Assembly (NCBI GenBank): GCA_038893995.1
Contig: JAWAQK010000001.1
Coordinates: forward strand, 61,956-125,955
Source of the DNA: Candidatus Thorarchaeota archaeon
Lineage (GTDB): Archaea > Asgardarchaeota > Thorarchaeia > Thorarchaeales > Thorarchaeaceae
Length of the DNA stretch: 64,000 nucleotides
Reading direction: 5' to 3'
Shown: one piece after another, positions 7,470 to 16,214 of the stretch
Layout of the letters: each line of letters starts with the position of its first letter
How positions within the stretch are numbered: the first letter of the stretch is position 1
Notes under the pieces: model-generated
What the model saw: the letters and a program-made list of their open reading frames with translations, nothing else
The model's database searches: none
What the model was told of the DNA's origin: nothing
Program-made: the position numbers and the translations under genes

Positions 7470-9708
7470 CGTCAGCCTGGATGACGAAAAAGGGGACCTG
7501 ATCCTGTGGATAAGGGATGAGACAGGGACCAAGGGACTCAGATATCGTCGATTCAGACCGTCCCTGTTTGTGAAGACAGACCTGATCGACAGACCGGAGT
7601 TTCCGGTCAGAGAACTGATCAGGAGAGTCAGCGAGCATCCCAGAGTTCTCGGCGTTCGGCTTGTCAAGAGATACCTCTCCGTATATGACGAACATAGGAG
7701 CAAAGTACTACAGGTATTCGTCAGAGGAAACTCATTGCAGAGAGTTGCAGAAGACCTGGAAACATTGCCAGGGGCAATCGTGTTTCATGCAGACCTAGAT
7801 GCCGTACAGCAGTTCTTCATCGACAGAGAGATCTTTCCCTTCAGTCTCATCGAGTATGAGACGGATGGCATCGAGTTGTTCGACATCAGGTGCCTCAGCA
7901 GGAGGGAGGAGGTAGAATACGAAGTGCCCCCGCTCAGAGAGATACAGATTGAGCCATACATGGAAACGAGAGGCCCCTTTCCCAGAATCGAGGATCCAAT
8001 TCACCACATTCGAGTTAGATTCGACAATCGGACTCTCTACGTGAGAGGACACAGCGAGAGAGAGACACTGTGTCTGTTTCAGGAGGTAATTGACCGCATA
8101 GACCCCGATATCATCATCACACGTGGCGGAGACGATGGAGTGCTAAGATATCTCAGCATGAGATACAGGGTCAACAACATGGCCCTGAGACTCTCAAGAG
8201 ACGGAAGGCCGCTCATCATCAATGAGAGAGAACCGTCTTCATTCTGGCAGTACAATAGGATCGTCTTCAGACCGGGCAATCAGGTCATGCTCAGAGGCAG
8301 GATACATATAGATATGGCAGATAGTCTCTACTACGCGCCCTCCAGGGTGGAGGGGGTGATTGAGGGCTGTAGACTTGCGATGGCACCTCCCCAGAGAGTT
8401 GCACGTATGTCCATCGGAAGCGTCAACGCGGCAATGCAGTACTACACCGCAATGAAGAGGGAGATCCTCATTCCCCCAGTCAAGCGCAATCCCGAGTATC
8501 TCAAGACAGTGGAGAGGCTCCTCAATCTTGACAGGGGAGGGCTCATACTTCAGCCACGTCCAGACATCTATGAAAATGTGGGGGAGTTTGATTTCTCATC
8601 GATGTATCCGACAATAATGATCACCAAGAACATCAGCCCTGAAACTGTCTGCACACGAACCACCTGTCCCTACGATAAGAAATACTGCATCGATGTTCCA
8701 GAACTCGACTACAAGATATGTGGCCGAAAGAGGGGACTTGTGCCCGAGTCATTAGAGCTAGTGGTCAAGAAGAGAAATCAGCTCAAGAGGCTCATGCTTG
8801 ACGGAAAGGACGTCAGACGGCATGGAGTCATCCAGAACACCCTCAAGGGAATACTGGTCTCCTGTTTTGGATACCTCGGATTTAGAAACGCCCGATTTGG
8901 CCGTGTTGAGGCGCATGCTGCAGTGACGGCCTTTGCGCGAGACATTCTGCTCAGGACGCAGGAGATTGCGGAGGAGAGAGGCCTTGAGTTGGTGCATGGG
9001 ATCGTCGATTCTCTCTGGGTACACTCGAGAACAGAGTTGGGTCACCAAGACCTGTTGGAGTTCGCCAGACAAGTCACCGAGTGCGTCGGCATTGAGATGA
9101 CGCTGAAGGGAGTCTACAGATGGATGGTCGTGCCATCATCAAGACTGCATCCAGTGGTAGCACCCATGAATCGTTACTACGGAGTATATCGGAATGGTTC
9201 AATAAAGGTCAGGGGTATTGAGGCCAGACGCAGAGACACTTGTCTCTACGTGAGGGACTGTCAAAAGGAGATGATCCGGACGCTTGCACATGCACCAGAC
9301 AGAGATGCTCTTATCCGGGCAATACCCGATGCGAGGGCGGTCTGTGAGGAATTCATCCGGAAACTGAGGGAGGGAGATGTTGACATTAGAGACCTGGTCC
9401 TGCAGTCAAGACTGACACATCATCCGGATGAGTATCATGGTACTACAAGAGTGGCGGTGGCAGCCCGCCAGTTAGCAGGCATGGGACGGAGACTCTACCC
9501 TGGACAAAGCGTGCGATACATAATGGTGGAGTCCAAGTCAAGGAACCCGGCTCGACGGGTGAGGGCCATCGAGCTGGTAGATGAATCCACAAGATATGAC
9601 CCGGACGCATATTCGGAACTCTGTATCCGTGCCTTCGAGAATCTGATACCGGCCCAGTATCTCGACTCATCATCAGAACTGGCTCACTCGGAGACCAGAT
9701 TGACCTGA
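7435..9708 (+). CDS. polB2: Family B DNA polymerase, archaeal PolB2 group
   Basis: Motif A FDFSSMYP, motif B K..LVSCFGYLG, motif C degenerate HGIVDS; exonuclease motifs eroded. Confidence 0.9.
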   Translation: MPAAKKRGWLLDVSLDDEKGDLILWIRDETGTKGLRYRRFRPSLFVKTDLIDRPEFPVRELIRRVSEHPRVLGVRLVKRYLSVYDEHRSKVLQVFVRGNSLQRVAEDLETLPGAIVFHADLDAVQQFFIDREIFPFSLIEYETDGIELFDIRCLSRREEVEYEVPPLREIQIEPYMETRGPFPRIEDPIHHIRVRFDNRTLYVRGHSERETLCLFQEVIDRIDPDIIITRGGDDGVLRYLSMRYRVNNMALRLSRDGRPLIINEREPSSFWQYNRIVFRPGNQVMLRGRIHIDMADSLYYAPSRVEGVIEGCRLAMAPPQRVARMSIGSVNAAMQYYTAMKREILIPPVKRNPEYLKTVERLLNLDRGGLILQPRPDIYENVGEFDFSSMYPTIMITKNISPETVCTRTTCPYDKKYCIDVPELDYKICGRKRGLVPESLELVVKKRNQLKRLMLDGKDVRRHGVIQNTLKGILVSCFGYLGFRNARFGRVEAHAAVTAFARDILLRTQEIAEERGLELVHGIVDSLWVHSRTELGHQDLLEFARQVTECVGIEMTLKGVYRWMVVPSSRLHPVVAPMNRYYGVYRNGSIKVRGIEARRRDTCLYVRDCQKEMIRTLAHAPDRDALIRAIPDARAVCEEFIRKLREGDVDIRDLVLQSRLTHHPDEYHGTTRVAVAARQLAGMGRRLYPGQSVRYIMVESKSRNPARRVRAIELVDESTRYDPDAYSELCIRAFENLIPAQYLDSSSELAHSETRLT

Positions 9709-11039
9709 GATAGGATCAATGGCCTGAGCTCACGGAGAGGTATTCCCGTCTCAAGGGAGATCTTACCCACATCATCTGCCTCAGGTTTGATGTTGACAAC
9801 GCTACCATCTGGGGAACGTGAGACCTTGACACGGACCATGTACTCCCTCTCGTCAATCCTGACCCTGCATACCATGGACTCTCTGAACGTCTTCAGACGT
9901 TGCCAGCTGGTGTAACGGATGCCCAAGGTCCCAAGGTGGTGTATCATCAACCTTGCAATTGTCTTCAGTCCGGTCCTAGGAGCCACGACCTGAACTATTG
10001 TACACGGACGATTCTTCTTGCCGTAGGCCGGGATCATCACTACATCGTAGGCCAGCCCCTCGGATAGGAGAAAGTCGAACAGCTGGCCCATTACTTCGCC
10101 GTCCACATCGTCCACTGTGGACTCAATGACTACGACCTCGTCGGTGTCCCACGCGTCGAGGGGCTCAGTCGTTTCAGGGACCGCCTCCTTAGCGGTCACG
10201 GCGGCCGAGACAGGGGCTCCAGTTGCCTTGGCACGGAGACGTGGTTCGACCTCTGTAGATTCTACGCTCGGCACCTCGATGTCGCCGATGAGTATTCTCA
10301 TCGTGTTAGGAAGGGTACCAAGGTCCCTTGCGCCAAAACCAACGCCCTGTCGCTTGATCATGAAACCCTCCAGACTATCGACATAAGACTGTACCAGTGC
10401 AGCAATGAGGGCGGCGCCAGTTGGTGTTAGCACCTCGGTCTTTGCATCACCAGGGTGATGGGGTATATTGTGCTTTGTCAGGATCTCAACGACCGCTGGC
10501 ACTGGGACCTGCATCGTGCCATGTTCAGTCACAATCTGGCCACTGCCAACCGCAACATGCGTAGCCATGAACTTCGCTCGGTCAATCAGACGGGCCCTCT
10601 CCAAGAGATACACAGTCCCCAGGATGTCAAGCATCGTGTCAATCGAGCCAGTCTCATGCAGCTTCAGATTCTCAATCGTGGTACGGTGTGCCTTCATCTC
10701 AGCCTCGAGCAATATCTCAAGCGCGGTGCGTGCGATCTTCTTGGCTGCGGGGGACAACTCGAGTTCCTCGCTGACTGTTGAGAGCATTCCATGCAATGAG
10801 CCCGGAGAAAAGCGGACTCCCCTGTCACACGACACGTCAATTCTCTTGCCCGACCCTGATTCCGAGACCCGTGAGTTGACCCTGACTCGAAGTTGTGGGT
10901 CATATATCAGGAGACTTGCAGCCACGGGAACCAACGCCTGGTCCTCCCCGAGGAGGTCTACCAATGCAGACAGGAACATGTCTCCAGATGCTCCAGCCCT
11001 GGAAACATCAAAGAGGACTATACTCTCCGGCAAGCACAC
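9684..11039 (-). CDS. larC: Nickel-pincer cofactor nickel insertase LarC family
   Basis: GASGDMFLSAL, HETGSIDT, HGTMQVPVPA, TPTGAAL, STVDD, KKNRP, KPEADD. Confidence 0.9.
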   Translation of the reverse strand: MCLPESIVLFDVSRAGASGDMFLSALVDLLGEDQALVPVAASLLIYDPQLRVRVNSRVSESGSGKRIDVSCDRGVRFSPGSLHGMLSTVSEELELSPAAKKIARTALEILLEAEMKAHRTTIENLKLHETGSIDTMLDILGTVYLLERARLIDRAKFMATHVAVGSGQIVTEHGTMQVPVPAVVEILTKHNIPHHPGDAKTEVLTPTGAALIAALVQSYVDSLEGFMIKRQGVGFGARDLGTLPNTMRILIGDIEVPSVESTEVEPRLRAKATGAPVSAAVTAKEAVPETTEPLDAWDTDEVVVIESTVDDVDGEVMGQLFDFLLSEGLAYDVVMIPAYGKKNRPCTIVQVVAPRTGLKTIARLMIHHLGTLGIRYTSWQRLKTFRESMVCRVRIDEREYMVRVKVSRSPDGSVVNIKPEADDVGKISLETGIPLRELRPLILSQVNLVSE

Positions 11040-11198
11040 ATTGCTCCTTGGGGTGTGCGGCGGGCGCGCAGTTTCGATGCTAATCGGTCCTAAATAACAT
11101 TATGACCGGGCCTCGACACTAGGATTGACAGACGCCAAACGATATCAGGCATGATGAGATGGTGCCCCTCAGGGAGCCATCACCTGTCTGGCAGTTCC

Positions 11199-11993
11199 TC
11201 AGTCATGATGTAATGTCTGCCGATTTCCCCGGCGCCACTGCTCAAATATGGCCATGTACATACACTCATCTGGGGGAATCCACATCTCAGAGGAATCGAA
11301 TGAGCGGTCCACAAACTCAACGGGAGCGTCTCTCACAAGCACTGCAGGAACGGACTCATCGGACTCTCCCATCACTGCTGTACAGGCAGAGGCGATATTG
11401 TCAGCAACGGCCCTCCGAGTGATCCTGAGACGATTCCCGAAGAGGTCCTGTCGACCCCGATCGTCAGCTACCGGGCGAAATCCGGAGACTCCCAACGCCA
11501 TGCCTATGTTACCGAGCCGCAGGGGCTGAGTCCGACTGTCAATCACCATCACGCCTATGGATTTGCCGAACCGTCTCCGGACCTCCTGCCTGATTCTCTC
11601 TGCGCTTCCAGCGGGGTCTCTGGGTAACAGACATGCAAACCCTGGAGGCACATTCGACTTGTCGATACCAGCATTGGCCATCAGCGTGTTGTCCTTGATC
11701 GTGAGGACCACGTGAGGAATCCCGCCCAGGATCTCGTCAGACTCGCGCAGGATCAGCTCGGCGACGGCCGGCAGGAGATCGTACTTCTTCGCGAGCTCCT
11801 CGGCGCGGGGAGATACTGTCACCGTGGATAGTCGAATGACGCATCCCTCAGTCGTCCCAAGCGGAGTCTCAGCGACAACTAGAATGTCACGATCCTGAAA
11901 CTCGTACCCCGCCCGGTGCATTCCTTCGGTTATCACGTCAAGAATGTTGTCAGTAGGAGTTATGATGCGTGTCCTTATTGGCAAGACCAGCAA
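11199..11993 (-). CDS. cofE: Coenzyme F420-0:L-glutamate ligase family
   Basis: ANAGIDKSN, LLPRDP, IDSRTQPLRLG, DDRGRQDLFG, MGESDESVP. Confidence 0.88.
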   Translation of the reverse strand: MLVLPIRTRIITPTDNILDVITEGMHRAGYEFQDRDILVVAETPLGTTEGCVIRLSTVTVSPRAEELAKKYDLLPAVAELILRESDEILGGIPHVVLTIKDNTLMANAGIDKSNVPPGFACLLPRDPAGSAERIRQEVRRRFGKSIGVMVIDSRTQPLRLGNIGMALGVSGFRPVADDRGRQDLFGNRLRITRRAVADNIASACTAVMGESDESVPAVLVRDAPVEFVDRSFDSSEMWIPPDECMYMAIFEQWRRGNRQTLHHD

Positions 11994-12153
11994 TCTTGGA
12001 CCCTCGACTCCGTACGACAGGAATCTCTAGAAAAAGGCACCGTCATGCAGGTACTATTGCCGCGCAACTCGTATGCCGACGTGGCTACGCGATCAGGCGG
12101 GTTGTGTCAGGGAGGTATGTCTATATCGATGATGCTGCTGGGGGAGCAACAAC

Positions 12154-13071
12154 ATGTTCGTGTTCAAGAGAGAGCAGACAGTCTTTGACGCAGGAGGTGT
12201 CAGGATAGGCGGTCAGCCAGGTGAGAATCCCACAGTCCTCGTTGGAGGTCTGTTCTTCAAGGGTCAGCCGATAGTTGAGGATGTCAGCAGTGGGAGGTTT
12301 GATCAGGCACTGGCTGCTGAATGGATATCGACTGCGATGGGCATGTCCCAGAGGACTGGGCATCCGCTCATCCTGCAGGTCTATGGCGCCACGCCAGAGG
12401 CAATGGAGAGGCATCTACAGTGGGTCACAGAGAAGTTCGATGGCCCCTTCATGTTTGAGTCTACCAACAGTGATGCAAGGAAGCGAGGTATCACCTACTG
12501 CAGTGAAGTCGGACTCGAGAACAGGACCATTTACAACTCGGTCAACATGTCCATGAGGGATGACGAGAGAGAAACTCTGAGGAACAGTCCGATACACATG
12601 GCGGTCATCCTTGGATGGTCACCCCGGATTGTCTCAATGCTGGACAGGATGGAACTGATCAGGTCCACATTGAGTGAGGCGGAGGGCCTGGGAATCGATG
12701 TCTTCCTCGTGGATCCAGCCGTGATGCCAGTCGGAGCGGGCTATGGGAGTGAGTACAGGACCCTGATCTCCATCAAGGCAGAACTTGGACTCCCGACCTG
12801 TCTTGGGCCTCACAATGCGGTGTCGTCCTGGAGCTACCTCAGACAACACAGTTCCGACAATAGAGACATGTATCTTGCATCAATCGCTGCGTCTGTCGCT
12901 GCGGCTCAGGTCTGTGCCGCGGACTGCATAATGTTCGGTTCTCTGCAGTGGGCGAGGGAGATATTCGCATCAGTGGCACTCGTTCAGAACGCCATAGTGA
13001 CAGCTGTGGGAGAGGCTGACGAGACACTCGGGCTGAAGCGAGATCTGTTCGAACCACCAACATGCAGATAG
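12154..13071 (+). CDS. mtrH: MtrH-like methyltransferase, divergent copy
   Basis: IGGQPGENPTVL N-terminus, IYNSVN, GPHNA.SSW; PFLIDST motif changed to PFMFEST. Confidence 0.85.
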   Translation: MFVFKREQTVFDAGGVRIGGQPGENPTVLVGGLFFKGQPIVEDVSSGRFDQALAAEWISTAMGMSQRTGHPLILQVYGATPEAMERHLQWVTEKFDGPFMFESTNSDARKRGITYCSEVGLENRTIYNSVNMSMRDDERETLRNSPIHMAVILGWSPRIVSMLDRMELIRSTLSEAEGLGIDVFLVDPAVMPVGAGYGSEYRTLISIKAELGLPTCLGPHNAVSSWSYLRQHSSDNRDMYLASIAASVAAAQVCAADCIMFGSLQWAREIFASVALVQNAIVTAVGEADETLGLKRDLFEPPTCR

Positions 13072-13084
13072 GGGGTGCTGAGAC

Positions 13085-13777
13085 ATGACCAATTCTGACA
13101 AGCGAAAGTGGCCGCCGGTACCAGGTGACTACCGTGTCGGGAATGCCAGCAGCCCTGTCGCCATCTGCACACTGGGAAAATGGATTGATGTCGATGTCGA
13201 CTACGCGATTCTTGGCACCTGCAAGACAGAGAACATAGGAATTGAACGGATCATCGTAAATACCATATCAAATCCTCACATCCGATTCTTCATTCTTGCA
13301 GGCCCCGAGGTCCCAGGACACAGGACCGGTGCCTCGATAAGAGCCCTGTTTCAGAACGGGGTCGATCCCAGAGACCGCAGAATAGTAGGAGCCGAGGGCG
13401 CAATACCCTACATCGAGAACATTCCACTCGAGGCAATCGAACGTTTCCGGAGGCAGCTTACGCTCTGCGACATGTTAGATGTGGTAGAACCCGAGAGAAT
13501 CAGGGCGGCGGCAGTGGCCCTTATCTCAAGACCAGTGGAACCTCTCGCAGAGGAACCGATGTGGGTTGACTTTGGGTCAGGCAAGCGAAGTACGCAGCAT
13601 GCGATGCAGGCAGGGAGTGTCTCTTTAGTCCCCGAGTTAGGACTGGTCCTGGATCCGCGCATATCCATGGTATCCAGACAGAGCCGAAGTGCAACGGTGA
13701 CCCAGCATCCGTCACCAGCGGGCGTGGAGATTCAGACTAGGGATGGGGGAACACTACTGATGGCAAGGGGGTATTGA
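13085..13777 (+). CDS. mtrA: MtrA corrinoid protein, no TM anchor, MtrB-like C-terminal tail
   Basis: WPPVPGDY, CKTENIGIERII.N.ISNP.IRF, EVPGH (cobalt His), GAEGAIPYIEN. Confidence 0.92.
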   Translation: MTNSDKRKWPPVPGDYRVGNASSPVAICTLGKWIDVDVDYAILGTCKTENIGIERIIVNTISNPHIRFFILAGPEVPGHRTGASIRALFQNGVDPRDRRIVGAEGAIPYIENIPLEAIERFRRQLTLCDMLDVVEPERIRAAAVALISRPVEPLAEEPMWVDFGSGKRSTQHAMQAGSVSLVPELGLVLDPRISMVSRQSRSATVTQHPSPAGVEIQTRDGGTLLMARGY

Positions 13778-13780
13778 GAG

Positions 13781-14716
13781 TTGTTTGTGTTCGAGAGAGA
13801 ACAATACATCTACAACATCGGAGGCGTCAGGATAGGGGGCAACCCGGGCGAGAGAGCGACTGTACTGGCTGGCACCATATTCTATTCGGGAGACAAGACT
13901 GTCAGCGACCCCAGTGCGGGTGTGTTCGACAGGACCGCGGCCGAGACACAGATCCGGAACCAGGATGCGATCTCAGAGACTACGGGAAATCCTGCACTGG
14001 TACAGGTATTCGCAGAGTCGGAGAGCGCCATGACGAGGTATATCGACTTCGTGACCGAGATGACAGACGCTCCGTTCCTCATTGACTCCACGGATCCGAA
14101 GGTCCGGATAGCCGGTCTCAGACACGCAGAAGAGGTGGGAGTCATAGGTCGGGCCATCTACAACTCGCTCAATGTCAGCATCAACACAGAAGAGTTGCAG
14201 ACTCTCTCCGAACTGAGACCAGAGGCCGCGATCATATTGGCTTTCAATCCTGCCGACACGTCAATTGCTGGAAGACGTGCAGTGCTAGAGGAACCGTATG
14301 CTGAGTATGGCGAGGGTCTGCTATCACTTGCCAAGAGGGTCGGAATAACAAAGCCCCTCGTCGATACCGCAACTACTGCTATGGGCGCAGGAGCAGGTCC
14401 ATCTGTGTCTTTCGTGTTCGTGGCCAAGAGCGTCTATGGTCACCCAACAGGATCTGGAATCCACAACGCTCCATCATCGTGGCCATGGCTGAGAGCGCAC
14501 AAGAAGGTCAACCGTGCGGCCTTTGAGGCATGTGATGTCGCATCGGCACTGCTCGTACATTCTATGGGGGCGGACTTCATCTTGTACGGGCCCATCGTGA
14601 ATGCAGACAGGGTCTTTCCTGTGGTGGCCATGGCTGATGTCCTGGCCGCAGAGTCTCTGTCTACGGAGTTTGGTCTGGGGCCACCTGAGAATCACCCATT
14701 CCGAAGGCTCCTATGA
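13781..14716 (+). CDS. mtrH: Tetrahydromethanopterin S-methyltransferase subunit H family
   Basis: IGGNPGE..TVLAGTIFY, PFLIDST, IYNSLN, GSGIHNAPSSW, GADFILYGP. Confidence 0.92.
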   Translation: MFVFEREQYIYNIGGVRIGGNPGERATVLAGTIFYSGDKTVSDPSAGVFDRTAAETQIRNQDAISETTGNPALVQVFAESESAMTRYIDFVTEMTDAPFLIDSTDPKVRIAGLRHAEEVGVIGRAIYNSLNVSINTEELQTLSELRPEAAIILAFNPADTSIAGRRAVLEEPYAEYGEGLLSLAKRVGITKPLVDTATTAMGAGAGPSVSFVFVAKSVYGHPTGSGIHNAPSSWPWLRAHKKVNRAAFEACDVASALLVHSMGADFILYGPIVNADRVFPVVAMADVLAAESLSTEFGLGPPENHPFRRLL

Positions 14717-14738
14717 CAGATGTCGAGGAATCCGGTCA

Positions 14739-16175
14739 ATGAGGTACAGGATCATTCACCCGCGCGGCATAAGCATGCTCTCGGTCAGGCTGGGCTCCTT
14801 CTTCACTGTTGCGTCGGTTGAACTCGGCAATACCACGACCAAGTGTATCGTGGTCACCACTAATCTGAAGACGGCCGAGGTATTTGAGATTGGGAAGGAG
14901 GTGCGGATGACGCGTGACATCAGATTACCATGGGACGGGGAGACACCATTTGGGCATACAATCACCCGCAGGCCTCTCACGAGAGAGGCTGTATCGGAGA
15001 TGGTGAGTGACATCCTGACAACAACGGTGAAGCGCAATGGTATGGATATGAAGACTGATCTTGACTTCGTCGTACGCTCTACAGGCGTTACGGCGGGATT
15101 CGCACATCCTGATGAAGTAGATGGGATGATCAGAGCGCTTGCAGACGGTTGTCTGAATGCGGGCGTGCCACCTGGAAAGATGATGGCCGCAATGTCAGTA
15201 ATCAACCTCAACCCACGATTGCGCTCCCACAGCTGGTTGAACAAGGTGCACTTCGATGGTGCAGTTGCGAGCTGTCTTCCACCGGCAGGCAGACAGGTGG
15301 TGGCAAATGAGATGGAGGGCGAGCTTGTCACTGCCGGAATAAAGGGGGCCGCCAAGGGTACGGGTATTGACTTCCGCAATCCAGTCGCCACGATGGACTT
15401 TGGAACGACCCTCGCAGGGAGAATCACAGACGACTCCTATCCGTACGCAAACACAGTGGCCTCCTTTGTTGGCCTTGCAGGAGCCATTCCTGACGCCGTT
15501 GTGAGAGGGACCGGTTTCGTAGACAGGAACGAGGGATGCACCATCGACCTCACCTTACCGCACAAGAGAGAGGAGATAGAGGAATCGTCTTCGTGGTTGG
15601 AGGAGGCCAGCAGGATCATTACGGTCGATAGGGTGCCCAGGGGAGTGGAGAGGTTCGGGACTGTACCCGTAGACATGAGGGCTGCAGAGGAGGCAGACCT
15701 GACCTTGCTCGGAGTCGATGTGGGGTGCAATGGATCTAGACTAGCTGATCTTGGTGAGATAGGACTCAGCATTGTTCAGGAGAAGGGCCCAGAAATCTTG
15801 CACTCATTTCTTGATCATCTTCAGGCACGCATAGTCCACAGACTGATAGAACTCGCTGAGTCAGAGGGACTGGTCAACGGACGCACATCGATAGGCCTCA
15901 CAGGACGGGCGATAACAACTGGAATGAAACCTGAGCTGATCAGCAGCTGGCTGGAACGGTCTGGCGTATTGCCCCAGAGAGAGCAGGACATCGTAGTCTT
16001 TGTAGAAGATGGCCTCGCATTTGGCGCAGCTGTGGCCGCCAGGTGCATGAACTCACTGGGAACGCCTCATGAGCCAATGGGAGGACGTAGGGGAGACAGA
16101 TGCATAATGGGGGCGCGCATGGCAATCCAGTCAGGCAGGGCTGGGGAGGTCAGGAGGAACTCGGCAGACAACTGA
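14739..16175 (+). CDS. Methanogenesis marker protein 14 family (ASKHA-fold ATPase-like)
   Basis: SVELGNTTTKC, FVVRSTGV, ANEMEGEL, DFGTTLAG, TGRA, GAAVAARCMNSLG; start uncertain. Confidence 0.85.
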   Translation: MRYRIIHPRGISMLSVRLGSFFTVASVELGNTTTKCIVVTTNLKTAEVFEIGKEVRMTRDIRLPWDGETPFGHTITRRPLTREAVSEMVSDILTTTVKRNGMDMKTDLDFVVRSTGVTAGFAHPDEVDGMIRALADGCLNAGVPPGKMMAAMSVINLNPRLRSHSWLNKVHFDGAVASCLPPAGRQVVANEMEGELVTAGIKGAAKGTGIDFRNPVATMDFGTTLAGRITDDSYPYANTVASFVGLAGAIPDAVVRGTGFVDRNEGCTIDLTLPHKREEIEESSSWLEEASRIITVDRVPRGVERFGTVPVDMRAAEEADLTLLGVDVGCNGSRLADLGEIGLSIVQEKGPEILHSFLDHLQARIVHRLIELAESEGLVNGRTSIGLTGRAITTGMKPELISSWLERSGVLPQREQDIVVFVEDGLAFGAAVAARCMNSLGTPHEPMGGRRGDRCIMGARMAIQSGRAGEVRRNSADN

Positions 16176-16214
16176 ACAAGTGCCGAAAAGTGCAGGCCCC
16201 TCTCCGGGATCATT

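Noticed and set aside
12154-16175. Evidence of methanogenesis
   Set aside because: No mcr or membrane Mtr subunits in the window; MtrA/H and marker genes occur in non-methanogens.
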